IMG/VR virus record: IMGVR_UViG_3300037067_018433
Direction: 5' to 3' (one strand)
Source of the DNA: a virus
Taxonomy: Duplodnaviria; Caudoviricetes
DNA length: 64,000 nucleotides
Shown here: positions 44,637 to 54,680 of the stretch, in pieces
Position numbering within the stretch: the first letter of the stretch is position 1
Layout of the letters: the number at the start of each line of letters is the position of its first letter
Translations under genes and position numbers: made by a program
Notes under the pieces: generated by a model
Databases searched by the model: none
Seen by the model: the letters and a program-made list of their open reading frames with translations, nothing else
What the model was told of the DNA's origin: nothing

Positions 44637-47600
44637 ATGACCAGCAAGGAACTGACCTCACTGATCCTGCGCTGCGTTCGCGGCGCGTTCCCGGACGCCA
44701 ACCTGACGCAGGGGTCTACTGTCTGGACCAAGCTCATCAACCCAATACTCTCGGCCGTCGGTCCCAGCCCGCTCGAGCTGCAGACCAGGGAGTACGAGCG
44801 GGCGATCGTCCGCACGATGCACCCGTCCGTGGACATCGAGAAGGATGGGGAGGTGGACGACCTCCTGCTCAAGCCCTCGGAATCGTTGCTGGCTCCTTTC
44901 GGCAAGGAGATCACGACGATCAAGCAGCGCCAGACCATCCGCGACCTCAGCGTGCACACGCTCGAGTCCATCTCGGATCTGGCGGCGAACTCCGGCATCA
45001 TTCCGGCCGAGGGCGGTTACGCTCAGGGCCCGGTCCGCCTGTACTTCAACGCGCCGACCGGCGAGCGCGTGACGCCCGAGACGTACATGGAGACCCCTGA
45101 CGGCCTGCGGTTCTACGCGACGGGCATCCAATCGATCACCGCCAGCCAGATGACGCTCAACCACACCGGCGACCTCTACTACTGGGACATCCGGGTGATC
45201 GCCGAGAAGCCGGGGGTGACGTACAACGTGGAGGCAGGGCAGGTCAGCCGTGCCCCGACGCTGCCGCGCGTCATCCGGGTGTCCAACCTCTCGCGATTCG
45301 GTGGTGGTCTGCAACGCGACTCGGTGGAAGACGTCGCGGCGAAGATCGAGAACTTCCCCTGCACCCAGTCCATCGGCACGCGCCGCGGGACGTCGGCCAC
45401 GGTGCTGGCCAACCTGGCTGGCGTTCGGGTGCTCGAGACGGTGGGCATGGGCGATCCGCTCATGCAGCGGGACATCATCGTCGGCGGCGAGATGAAGGCT
45501 GAGGCCTTGGCCTACCCGGCGGGCGGCGCGTTCGCGTCGGTGGCCGGCGCGTTCGGCGAAGGCACGCCGGATGAGGATGCCCACATCTACACGCGGTGGT
45601 TCACCGATGCCACGACCCCCGCCGACTTCACGGCGGCCTTCGGGCTCAGCAGCGGGCCGGTCGACGGCTACTACCTCATCGCCTGCTGGTACGACGCCGG
45701 CCTCAAGACGACCCACTGGCTCTACGAGAAGATCATCCGCGTCATCTCCCAGCGGTGTGTGGAGATCGAGAACCAGGTCATTCCAACGGACCTGGACAAC
45801 ATCTACTGGTCGGTGGTGCCCGCACAGCTGACGCTGTCCGAGATCCCGGGCGGCATCCTGTGGCCGGACACGCCGGACGGCGAGGTGGTCATCCGCAGTG
45901 ACGTGGTGCACGTCGGCGGCCAGACCGACGTCTTCCTGATGGGGACGACGACGGAGGACGCGACCACCGACCTGGCGTCGTTGACCGACGAGGACCTGTT
46001 GGGCTACGGGGTCATGGCGCAGCCGCTCAACACCGTCTACTACGTCATGGTCGACGACATGGACGAGATCACCACGTTGGGTCCGGTGGACGCGCGGTTG
46101 GCGGGCGCTGGGCTGTACGACGTGAACCTGGAATGGGCCACGGTCGACCTGACGGGTATCAGCGCGGGGAACGTGTTCCGGTCTCCGGCAGACATGGAGC
46201 AGTACCGGGTCCTGGCGTTGAGGAAGTCGGGCGTCGGCGGCGCGTTCGGCGCCGGGAAGCTGGTCCTCCTGCTCGATGGGGACACAGGGGGGGACGTCAA
46301 TCCGGCGTACTTGATCAAGCGACGGCCGATGGTCGACCTGCGCAACGCGTGCTTCCGCCTCAACAGCGCCGTCGGTACCTCGGGGTACTACCGGGTGATC
46401 TACGACTACGAGGGTGCTGGTGGAGACCCGGCTCACCCGGTCATCGGCTACGCGGGCTGTCGGTACAGCGTGTACCTCTCGACGCCCATGACGGCTACGC
46501 TGGCGGATGAGCCGTGGACGTTCAGCGACGACACGGACATCAACCTGTCGGACCCGAAGCAGCTGCGGGTCGACGGCACGACGCTGACCACGTTCGCGGG
46601 CAGCGACACGGTGTTCGACCCCGGCCCTCCCGGGACCCCGATGAACTTCAACCTCTACGGTGTGGTGGCCGGCGACATCCTGCGGATCGATGCGGGAGTC
46701 GACGCCGGGGACTACGTGCTGCGAGAGGACCCGTTCGGGGCCGGGGGCTCGTTCCTCCGTCTCTCCACGATCCTGCACGCCAACCTGAACGTCCGCTACC
46801 GCATCTTCCGGCCGCTCACGCCGGTAGAGCTGCCGCTGTTGGCCGCCAGCAAGCTGTCGCTGTTGGACGCCGGCGGCACGCTGCTCGGTGTCGACGTTCC
46901 GTACGGCGAGGCGCTCGGTGCGTACAGCGAGGTGTTCACGAACCTGGGGCGCGGGGAGCGGTACAAGACCGGCAGCGCGATCGTTGGGATCTGCACCGAG
47001 GGCGGCATTCCGCTGGCCACAGGCGCGCAGCTCCACAACCCAAGCACAGCGCCGATGTGCTTGTGGGTGTGGCACGAACGCCTGGGGTACCAGAGCTGGC
47101 GAAACTGGAACCCGGCGGACGGCTACCTCACCGATGGCAACGGCGGGTACTACGTCCCCGAGGCCTACGTCTACAACATCAACGTCAACTACGATCTGCA
47201 GGCGGATGCGCCTGTTGGGTGGACCGACTTCCTCATCTACCTCAACGGCTTGTCGCCCTACCCGTTCTGGTCGTACGTCGACGAGGTGATCAGCGGTGTG
47301 ACGTACCGGCACCTCGTCTGCCGACCGTTCGGCTCGTACCTTCAGCTGCTGGGGTTCTCTGGCGGGCTGGGGAAGCTCACGTTCCCCACAGCGTTCACGT
47401 CCGCTGACGTCGATCTGAACCTGGATATCGGGGCTTACACGAAGACGGTGGAGAGCCGCGACGTGCTGTTCGCCAATGTCGACCTGTCGGGCTTGACGTC
47501 GGTCGTCTCCCTGTCGACCCACAAGGACCTCGTGGACATCACGTCCGGCCCCAACGTCGGCGTGAAGGACATGGTGTTGAGCACGAAGGTCGTGAACTCG

Positions 47601-49148
47601 ACCCGTGTTCGCCTCGTTGGGTACTACGCACTCGTTCCGGGGATCACCACTAGCGCACGGATCGGGTTGGCATCCACGGGCGTCGCGCGCGTGTACTTCA
47701 AGGACGCCACGGACTTCGAGTGCGACTTCGCCTCGTCCTTCGTCCCGGAGTCGTCCACCGACCTCGTCTTCCGCCCCGATCCATCCAACCGTCGTATTGG
47801 TTTGGGGTATGTCGCAGCGCAGCCGGCTCACTCCGTCCTCATTCCTGGGTACCCGACGACGGAGAACCCGGACAACGGGTACGTCACGGCGGGCAGCGCG
47901 TGGTACGCCGAGCTCCACGGAAAGATCACCGGAACCGAGTCGGATTTCTGGGCGCTCGGCGTTCGACCGGGGGACTTGGTGGAGTGCAGCTTCCGCGACA
48001 TCATCACGACACGCGTGGCGTGGCCTGTAGGCCCGCTGGGCGCCAACGAGGTCCTGACGATCACGTCGACCGACGGTACGGTGACAACCGCGACGTTCAC
48101 CGCGGGCAGCACGTACACCGGAGCACAGGCCGCCTCCCTCATCAACGTGGCGTTCGGAGACACCGTCGCGTACTACAACGACATGCTGGACACCAAGATC
48201 CACCTGCGCTGGCAGGAGGAGATCACCATTGGTGGGAGCGCGTTGGGCGGCGGCGGTGTGCTGGGTGCCGGTGTCCCGCCGACGAACAACTGGTCGTACT
48301 CCCGCGGCACGTACAAGATCGCGGGCATCGGTCTGGACGGCGGGACCAACGTGAACAGCCGGTTGTACGTCGAGGCGGCGGGAAGCGGGAGCGCACCAAG
48401 CGCCTCCGACATCGCCACCTGCCGCATGCAGTACCGCGTCATCCGCCCGACGCAGCAGCGGTGGAGCTCCATGGAGATGGAGGCGAATGTCGGGGTGGGC
48501 GGGTTGTACTACGTCGACGTCGAGCTGATCGGTCACGGAGTCGGCGACTCATACAACCTGGGTGAGGACGAGAAGATGACGGTGTCCGGTACGCGGACCC
48601 GCGGCTACCGGTTGTCCAGCACCAATCCCGAGACCGCATTCTCCACGGCCGAGGAAGTGTGGGCGCACATCGACAACTACTTCCAGCCGACGTCGGTGGC
48701 CGAGGACTCGCCGCCGTCCGATCAGACGGTGTTCGGCAGCGGCTTCCGGCTGTACTACGAGCGGTCCCCACTGGTGTCGAGCGCCCAGGCGCTGCTCAAC
48801 AGCCGCGAGGAGCGGGACAACAACCAATCCGTGTTGGCCCGCCACCTCTTCCCGTACTACGTGAACTGCGCCGTGGCCTACGCCGGCGGCGCGCTCGAGT
48901 CCGTGGTGCTACCGGAGATCGAGAACCTCATCACGGGTCGCGACCCCAACGAGCCGCTGGACGTGTCGGACATCATCGGGGTCGTCACCGGCTTGGGCGC
49001 GGACCACGTGGACACGCCCATTGGGCTGGCCGTGTTGCGGCATCAGAAGGATCGATCGCTGGACGTGTTGGTGGGCATGGACCGGGTGGAGACCCCGCGG
49101 CTGGCGGGGTTCCTGCCCGGGAACATCACGGTGACGCGTCGCGCCTAG
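44637..49148 (+). CDS. baseplate J-like (T4 gp6-like) protein with large insertion
   Basis: LAAN......GGYAQGPVRLYF, DGLRFYAT, AEKPGVTYNVEAGQV, VSNLSRFGGG; C-terminal LDVSDII. Confidence 0.75.
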   Translation: MTSKELTSLILRCVRGAFPDANLTQGSTVWTKLINPILSAVGPSPLELQTREYERAIVRTMHPSVDIEKDGEVDDLLLKPSESLLAPFGKEITTIKQRQTIRDLSVHTLESISDLAANSGIIPAEGGYAQGPVRLYFNAPTGERVTPETYMETPDGLRFYATGIQSITASQMTLNHTGDLYYWDIRVIAEKPGVTYNVEAGQVSRAPTLPRVIRVSNLSRFGGGLQRDSVEDVAAKIENFPCTQSIGTRRGTSATVLANLAGVRVLETVGMGDPLMQRDIIVGGEMKAEALAYPAGGAFASVAGAFGEGTPDEDAHIYTRWFTDATTPADFTAAFGLSSGPVDGYYLIACWYDAGLKTTHWLYEKIIRVISQRCVEIENQVIPTDLDNIYWSVVPAQLTLSEIPGGILWPDTPDGEVVIRSDVVHVGGQTDVFLMGTTTEDATTDLASLTDEDLLGYGVMAQPLNTVYYVMVDDMDEITTLGPVDARLAGAGLYDVNLEWATVDLTGISAGNVFRSPADMEQYRVLALRKSGVGGAFGAGKLVLLLDGDTGGDVNPAYLIKRRPMVDLRNACFRLNSAVGTSGYYRVIYDYEGAGGDPAHPVIGYAGCRYSVYLSTPMTATLADEPWTFSDDTDINLSDPKQLRVDGTTLTTFAGSDTVFDPGPPGTPMNFNLYGVVAGDILRIDAGVDAGDYVLREDPFGAGGSFLRLSTILHANLNVRYRIFRPLTPVELPLLAASKLSLLDAGGTLLGVDVPYGEALGAYSEVFTNLGRGERYKTGSAIVGICTEGGIPLATGAQLHNPSTAPMCLWVWHERLGYQSWRNWNPADGYLTDGNGGYYVPEAYVYNINVNYDLQADAPVGWTDFLIYLNGLSPYPFWSYVDEVISGVTYRHLVCRPFGSYLQLLGFSGGLGKLTFPTAFTSADVDLNLDIGAYTKTVESRDVLFANVDLSGLTSVVSLSTHKDLVDITSGPNVGVKDMVLSTKVVNSTRVRLVGYYALVPGITTSARIGLASTGVARVYFKDATDFECDFASSFVPESSTDLVFRPDPSNRRIGLGYVAAQPAHSVLIPGYPTTENPDNGYVTAGSAWYAELHGKITGTESDFWALGVRPGDLVECSFRDIITTRVAWPVGPLGANEVLTITSTDGTVTTATFTAGSTYTGAQAASLINVAFGDTVAYYNDMLDTKIHLRWQEEITIGGSALGGGGVLGAGVPPTNNWSYSRGTYKIAGIGLDGGTNVNSRLYVEAAGSGSAPSASDIATCRMQYRVIRPTQQRWSSMEMEANVGVGGLYYVDVELIGHGVGDSYNLGEDEKMTVSGTRTRGYRLSSTNPETAFSTAEEVWAHIDNYFQPTSVAEDSPPSDQTVFGSGFRLYYERSPLVSSAQALLNSREERDNNQSVLARHLFPYYVNCAVAYAGGALESVVLPEIENLITGRDPNEPLDVSDIIGVVTGLGADHVDTPIGLAVLRHQKDRSLDVLVGMDRVETPRLAGFLPGNITVTRRA

Positions 49149-49468
49149 TCCTCCCCGAGGATGGGGATGGCCGGCTCGAGAAGGTTGGTGATCTTGCCGC
49201 GCTCGAATATCAGTCCGGTGTCGACGTTGAACAGGCAGCCGCACGCCACGCACCGAGCCTTGCCGCAGGGCACCACTTCGTCGGCCCGCACCCGGCGCAT
49301 GTCGTCGACCGTCACCTCGGGCTGCACGTTCCCGCCGCACGCTGGGCACCTGCTGTGCGCGAACAGCCGGCGGCGGGCTTCAACCGCCGGCGTGATGACG
49401 TCGGGGATTCCCTCGATCATCTTCAGCAGGTCCGCGTCCTTCATCCACTGCATGCTGCAGTGTCCCAC
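49145..49468 (-). CDS. small Zn-ribbon protein, antisense within the baseplate module
   Basis: CPACGG...CVACGC; GC3-rich on the minus strand; start uncertain. Confidence 0.6.
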   Translation of the reverse strand: MGHCSMQWMKDADLLKMIEGIPDVITPAVEARRRLFAHSRCPACGGNVQPEVTVDDMRRVRADEVVPCGKARCVACGCLFNVDTGLIFERGKITNLLEPAIPILGED

Positions 49469-49486
49469 GGCCGGGCGGTGTAGTCA

Positions 49487-52400
49487 ATGATCCCCAAGAC
49501 ACCCGAGTGGCCGACCCTGGCGTTCACCCCCGGGCTCAACATCGGGGCCACGGGGTTTGGGTGGGTCGTTGCCGGTACCGAGGGCCTCGAGTGGGCGGCC
49601 AACCCAGCCGGTGCGTTCGGCGTCGACTACGGTCCGTCCCTCGGTCCCGGGGGACCTGACACGGAGATCTTCTGCCTGACGGCAGCCGCGTTCCCGGGCA
49701 ACGTCCGGATGCTGTCCGTGCCCAACGCCGCGCTCGAGCCGCTGGTCGACGGATGGGTGGCGGAGGTCGTGGTCGAGGGCCCGGTTCCCGCGGTCGAAGC
49801 ACCGTCGGTCACCATTGGGTGCGCGGGTACGACGGGCGCGTTTGCCATCGGGGGGATGGGCAAGGTGGAGTTTGCTCCCGGCCCCAACATCTGGCAGGTC
49901 TCCATCTGGGAGTTCGGTACCGGGTGGGTTCTCCTGAACATCCTGACCCTCGCCTACCCGTTCTCCGTCAAGATCGTGCGGAACGCCGGGGAGACGGCGT
50001 ACAGGCTGTACGTCGACGGCGTGTACCAGGGCGAGCGGGAAGAGGGAAACCTGGCGGCCAACCTCGACTGGCTGTTCATGGGAAACCCACGCGTCGGCGT
50101 GATGTGCGAGTCAACCAACGTCGGCGCCCTGTTCCACATCACGTCGTGGCTGGTGGGGCCCGCCGGCATCCGGCCCGTCGCCAACGCTGGTCCCGACAAG
50201 GTCCTGCCCCTCAACAGGATCCTCGGGTTTGATGGTGGAGCCAGCTACGACCCAGACGACGGGGACCTGACGTACGCCTGGAAGCTGGTCCGCGCACCGT
50301 CGGGCAGCGTGCACGTGTACGAAGGAACAGGTGCCATCGGCGGCAGTTCCATCACCTTCGTGTCTGCGGGCATCACCACCGAAGTGGCAGTTGGCGACAT
50401 CCTGCTCATCGAAGGTGAGGAGTACGAGATCACTGGGACGCTCCCGCCCAACACCGTGTACGTGGACCGGGCACTGCCGGCCGGGTACGCCGGGCCGTTC
50501 GTGGTCGCGCTCCAATCGCTGGTCGTCGGGCCCACGACGCGGTTCTTCGCGTTTGCCCCCGACTTGGTCGGGTTGTACGTGGCGCGGTTGGTGGTCGTGG
50601 ACGACGCGGGGCTCTACAGCTCCGCCGACCTGGCTGTGGCCAACGTCGTGGGGTCCACGGTGCCCATGCGCGTGCCTCTGGACATGGGTTTCCTGTGGAG
50701 CTACCTGGCTGACTTCTGGCGCACGGTAGAGAACCGGGAGTGGGCGACGGACGTGTGGGTCGCTCTGGCGCGCATCGTAGGCAGTCAGCTCCAGGATCTG
50801 TGGAACATCGACTTCGACAAGAGCCTGCAAACGACGCAGAACGTCGTGATGCGCCGGTGGCTGGAATACCCGCCGCGCTTGGATTTCAACAAGGCGGACG
50901 CCCCCGTATTCGTCAGCCGCCTTCGCTCGATGCTCGGCGACACGCGCTACACGCAGGCCATGATCGACGGGTTGATCCTGCCCTTCGACTTCACCTTCAC
51001 CCTGACGTTCTACCTGTCGACTGGTGCCGTCGTGGTTCCGATCACTGCGCCGATGAACACCGTGGTCAAGGACGTACCGGCGGTGCTCAACGCGGGGTTC
51101 GCGGCGGCCGGCTACCCCAACGTGCACTTCCAGTTCCGGGAGATCGAGGAAGAGCTCCCCACCGTGCCGATGGTTGCGCAGTTCAAGATGACGTGCGTGT
51201 CTCCGGACTGCTACACCGAGATCGGGGTGGTCCCCGCGTTCTTCACGGCCACCTCCAACGTGTTCCGCGGGACGTACGGATTGGTGGTCGGCGACCGCAC
51301 CGTCCGCCTCAGCCCCGGGCCGACGTTCCCCGCTCCCGACGGAGACCTGGATCTCGATGGTATCGTCAAGGTGGGGGACATCCTCAACCTCGGCGGGCGC
51401 TCGTTCAACATCGTGGCCGTCTCGAACTACCGGACGGTGGACCCGACCACCGGGCTCCCGGCGTGGCCGTACTACAAGTACCTCGAGGTCGAGGTGGACG
51501 GGGATCTTCCGGCGGGCATCTACTACTGGGCCATCCCGTCCTACTGGAAGACGGTGGTGACCGACTGGAAGGCCGAAGGGCTCACGCCGGGCGACCGCGT
51601 GTACTTCGACCGGCGCCCGGTCACCGACCCGAGCGGTCCGTCTACGCTGGTGGCCGTCGACTGCTACGGGGCGGGCGCAGACAAGTTGTGCACGACGGCC
51701 GCCGCCATGTTCTACGCGGACTACGTCTACACGCCGTCCTACGCCCACCGCTACTTCTACCTGCCGACGGATGCTTCCGTGCTGAGCGTTCCGACGCTCC
51801 AGGAGGCTCCGGAGAGCCCGACGTGGATCATGCAGGAGTTCCTGCACTACATCGTCGACGAGCGGCGCGACGGACGGTACGTCGTGCTCAACCACCGCGA
51901 GGAGCCCGTCAACGAGATGCTGACGGGCTGGGTGAGGGATCGTACGGGTCCGGTGGATTCCGCCGAGTTCCTTCCCGAACAGCTGTGGGCAGAGATCACG
52001 CACGTCGACAACCGCGACACCATCGAGGCCAACTTCGGGCGTAGGGTTGCTGCGTGGGTCGCGGACTACGCGGCGGCCGACAGCAACTACCTGTCCATCG
52101 TGACCGGGTTGTGGTTGGTCTACAGCCAGGGGCCGACGCCGCTGAACATCGAGCGCGCGGTGGGCATCATCAGCAGTGTGCCGTACGCCGAAGCCGCCGG
52201 CACCATCCTGGACCTGGTGCAGGACTTCCTGCCGGGCCGCACCTTCATGTTGATCCGGGATACCGACCAGTCGTCCGTCGTCCGCAGCTACGTGTTCCCT
52301 ACCGGCAGCGGGCCGTCCATCAACCCGGCGACCGGCGTGGCGTACACCATCGGCGATAGCGTCCCGCGGTTCGCGCTGTTGGTGAGCACCCAGTTGTACT

Positions 52401-53908
52401 TCGACTACATCGACGACCCCGAGTGGTGGGTCGGGCTGCGTAGCATCGGAGTGATCACCGAGCCTGAGAAGATCCACAAGTTCGGGGTGTTCCTCGACGC
52501 GCGCTACGCCAACATGGCGTTGGTGGCCCCCGTCATCAACTTCGTGCTCGACTTCAAGAAGACGCACACCTACCCGATCTTCGCCCTGCTGCAGCGCCTC
52601 ACCACCACCATAGAGATCAGCGACTTGGTGGAGACGACCGTGACCCTCTGTCTCAAGACGCACTTGTGGGATCATGCGGCTCCCCCCATCTTGGACTACC
52701 CGCGGCTGGGCTCGGGTGTGCGTGTGTCTACCGCTGGAACCGGCACGCGGAACGAGGATCTGATCTTCCGTATGGCCACCTCCGGGGATAGCGGGTACAC
52801 CATCGCGCTCCGTGCGGCAGCCGCGCTCAACGCGACCGCCGTCGGGAATGCCCTCACGTTGGAGTTCGTTCGGGGAGTGACCACGTCGGCGGCGGCCATG
52901 GCGTTCTGGAACCTGCTGCCCGCGCCATGGAACAAGGTAGTCGCTCTCCTGCCCGTGGGGTCCACAGGTCTCGGTACCATCGACGACGAGTTCGGTCCGG
53001 TGCACGCCAATCACCGTGGGCTGTACCAGGTGCACATCGACGACGAGGCTTCCGGCGCGGCGCTGGACGACTTCACATGCTCGATCGAGGACTGGTCACT
53101 GGGGGTGAACACCGTCATCGACGGCAACTACGGAGCGGCGCACAACATCATCGACGTGGTCACAACCACCGGTTTCTACCACCAGATCAAGGTGGACGTG
53201 GCGACGTGGCACCAGTTCTGCGACGCGAGCATTCCTGCACAGACCGACATCATTGCGTCGACGCATTGGTTGATCTTCTACACGCCCGCCGGTGTCTACC
53301 GGACCGAGGGGCGGGTCGTTGGGGTTCTGGGTCCGAGCGCGGGCTTCTGGAACGACGGTTCGGACAGCTGGGTCGACGTCGAGATCGACCCGGCGCTGGC
53401 CGCGCCCCAGGTGGGCGACTGGTTCGCCGTCTACCGCGGACCGCCCGTCGGTCGGGTGATGGACTGGATGACGAACGGGCCCATCGCGGCGAACGCCGAC
53501 ATCTTCCTCGGGCCGCTGGTTGGGGACAACGAGATCACCGGGTCGGTCGTCAACCCGGCGCACCCCGACTACCAGATCAGCGTCGCGGGGGGTGCGGCGC
53601 CCGTACCCCGCTTCTTCTACACTGTGGCTGTCGGGTGGTCGGTGCTGCGCCCGAACATCGACTACTTCATGTACTACGACGCCAATGGCTCGTTCCTCGG
53701 CATCGCTGAGCTGCTCAGCGTGGACGGGGTGAACGACGTGACCGTTCGCGTGCGCCCCACCACCAACGCCCAGCCGCCGGTGGGCGGGTACTTCGTTGTC
53801 GTACGTCGGCCGCTGCACACCGACATGACGCCGGACTACATCCGGCACTTCTCGGCCTTCGGTCTTGGAATCGACGGGCAGTTCCTGAAGCAGACGGTTA
53901 GTGTATAG
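49487..53908 (+). CDS. large baseplate/tail protein with PKD-like domain
   Basis: PVANAGPD....FDGGASYDPDDGDLTYAWKLV; GLWLVYSQGPT..NIE (wedge/tail-protein-I-like); follows J. Confidence 0.65.
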   Translation: MIPKTPEWPTLAFTPGLNIGATGFGWVVAGTEGLEWAANPAGAFGVDYGPSLGPGGPDTEIFCLTAAAFPGNVRMLSVPNAALEPLVDGWVAEVVVEGPVPAVEAPSVTIGCAGTTGAFAIGGMGKVEFAPGPNIWQVSIWEFGTGWVLLNILTLAYPFSVKIVRNAGETAYRLYVDGVYQGEREEGNLAANLDWLFMGNPRVGVMCESTNVGALFHITSWLVGPAGIRPVANAGPDKVLPLNRILGFDGGASYDPDDGDLTYAWKLVRAPSGSVHVYEGTGAIGGSSITFVSAGITTEVAVGDILLIEGEEYEITGTLPPNTVYVDRALPAGYAGPFVVALQSLVVGPTTRFFAFAPDLVGLYVARLVVVDDAGLYSSADLAVANVVGSTVPMRVPLDMGFLWSYLADFWRTVENREWATDVWVALARIVGSQLQDLWNIDFDKSLQTTQNVVMRRWLEYPPRLDFNKADAPVFVSRLRSMLGDTRYTQAMIDGLILPFDFTFTLTFYLSTGAVVVPITAPMNTVVKDVPAVLNAGFAAAGYPNVHFQFREIEEELPTVPMVAQFKMTCVSPDCYTEIGVVPAFFTATSNVFRGTYGLVVGDRTVRLSPGPTFPAPDGDLDLDGIVKVGDILNLGGRSFNIVAVSNYRTVDPTTGLPAWPYYKYLEVEVDGDLPAGIYYWAIPSYWKTVVTDWKAEGLTPGDRVYFDRRPVTDPSGPSTLVAVDCYGAGADKLCTTAAAMFYADYVYTPSYAHRYFYLPTDASVLSVPTLQEAPESPTWIMQEFLHYIVDERRDGRYVVLNHREEPVNEMLTGWVRDRTGPVDSAEFLPEQLWAEITHVDNRDTIEANFGRRVAAWVADYAAADSNYLSIVTGLWLVYSQGPTPLNIERAVGIISSVPYAEAAGTILDLVQDFLPGRTFMLIRDTDQSSVVRSYVFPTGSGPSINPATGVAYTIGDSVPRFALLVSTQLYFDYIDDPEWWVGLRSIGVITEPEKIHKFGVFLDARYANMALVAPVINFVLDFKKTHTYPIFALLQRLTTTIEISDLVETTVTLCLKTHLWDHAAPPILDYPRLGSGVRVSTAGTGTRNEDLIFRMATSGDSGYTIALRAAAALNATAVGNALTLEFVRGVTTSAAAMAFWNLLPAPWNKVVALLPVGSTGLGTIDDEFGPVHANHRGLYQVHIDDEASGAALDDFTCSIEDWSLGVNTVIDGNYGAAHNIIDVVTTTGFYHQIKVDVATWHQFCDASIPAQTDIIASTHWLIFYTPAGVYRTEGRVVGVLGPSAGFWNDGSDSWVDVEIDPALAAPQVGDWFAVYRGPPVGRVMDWMTNGPIAANADIFLGPLVGDNEITGSVVNPAHPDYQISVAGGAAPVPRFFYTVAVGWSVLRPNIDYFMYYDANGSFLGIAELLSVDGVNDVTVRVRPTTNAQPPVGGYFVVVRRPLHTDMTPDYIRHFSAFGLGIDGQFLKQTVSV

Positions 53909-53918
53909 TGGAGGCACC

Positions 53919-54671
53919 ATGCGTGTTGCGACCCGTACGAAGATCATGAGCAACGTCCACATCTGGGCCGAGGATCTCTTCGGCAATCGGGTGTACGACG
54001 TCAAGCGGCACAACTGCTTCCTCGACAACGGCCACACGTGGCTCTCCCAGGTTCTGGCCTACAACACGGCGGGCTACGTGCGCGCCGATCCGCCGCCGGA
54101 TGTGGAGCCGGACGTTGGGGCCCCTGGTCCCTACGAGCGGACGTTGGCCGCTCCCGTCACGACCGCCGCCATCAACATGCCGTACCTCCCGTTCTACATC
54201 GGGCTCGGTGTGGGCGGGAACCAGCAGTCGGGGCCGATGCCCGTGGACGTGGACCCCCAGTATCCGGGGACCAACGTGCAGTCGGACGCCGACCCGACGG
54301 TGCCCGGTCTCGAGCGCCCGGTGCGCGTCACGACCGACGGCGCGACCTGGGCCCGTTGGCTGAACCCGGTCGTGGTGACGATTCCCGGTCCGCTGCCCTA
54401 CACCTACACGCGCTTCACCTCCACGTTCGCGGTCGGCGATATCAACACCGGTACCAAGATCGGTGGTGGCGACTACGCTAACGTCCCGCTGGCGGAAGCC
54501 GCGATGTACTACTGGACCAACGCGCCGGATTCGGCGTCATTGGACTACATTCCCCCGAACCCCCCGCTGGCCTTCGTCCAGGGCCAGGCCATTGCCTACG
54601 ATACGTTCCCCACGCTCAACAAGACAGCGGCCTTGGTGGTCGTCGTGCAGTGGGATCTCATCCACGTCTAG
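53919..54671 (+). CDS. tail-collar/fibre-attachment-like protein
   Basis: HN.FLDNG..WL, YIGLGVGG, LAEAAMY, YDTFPTLNKT...VVQW. Confidence 0.65.
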   Translation: MRVATRTKIMSNVHIWAEDLFGNRVYDVKRHNCFLDNGHTWLSQVLAYNTAGYVRADPPPDVEPDVGAPGPYERTLAAPVTTAAINMPYLPFYIGLGVGGNQQSGPMPVDVDPQYPGTNVQSDADPTVPGLERPVRVTTDGATWARWLNPVVVTIPGPLPYTYTRFTSTFAVGDINTGTKIGGGDYANVPLAEAAMYYWTNAPDSASLDYIPPNPPLAFVQGQAIAYDTFPTLNKTAALVVVVQWDLIHV

Positions 54672-54680
54672 GAGGACCGC

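Noticed and set aside
44658-53035. Very long antisense ORFs (44658-48536, 50111-53035, also 22861-26394 and 31202-33151)
   Set aside because: Shadow frames of GC3-rich sense genes; Arg/Val/Gly/His-rich translations without SD or motifs
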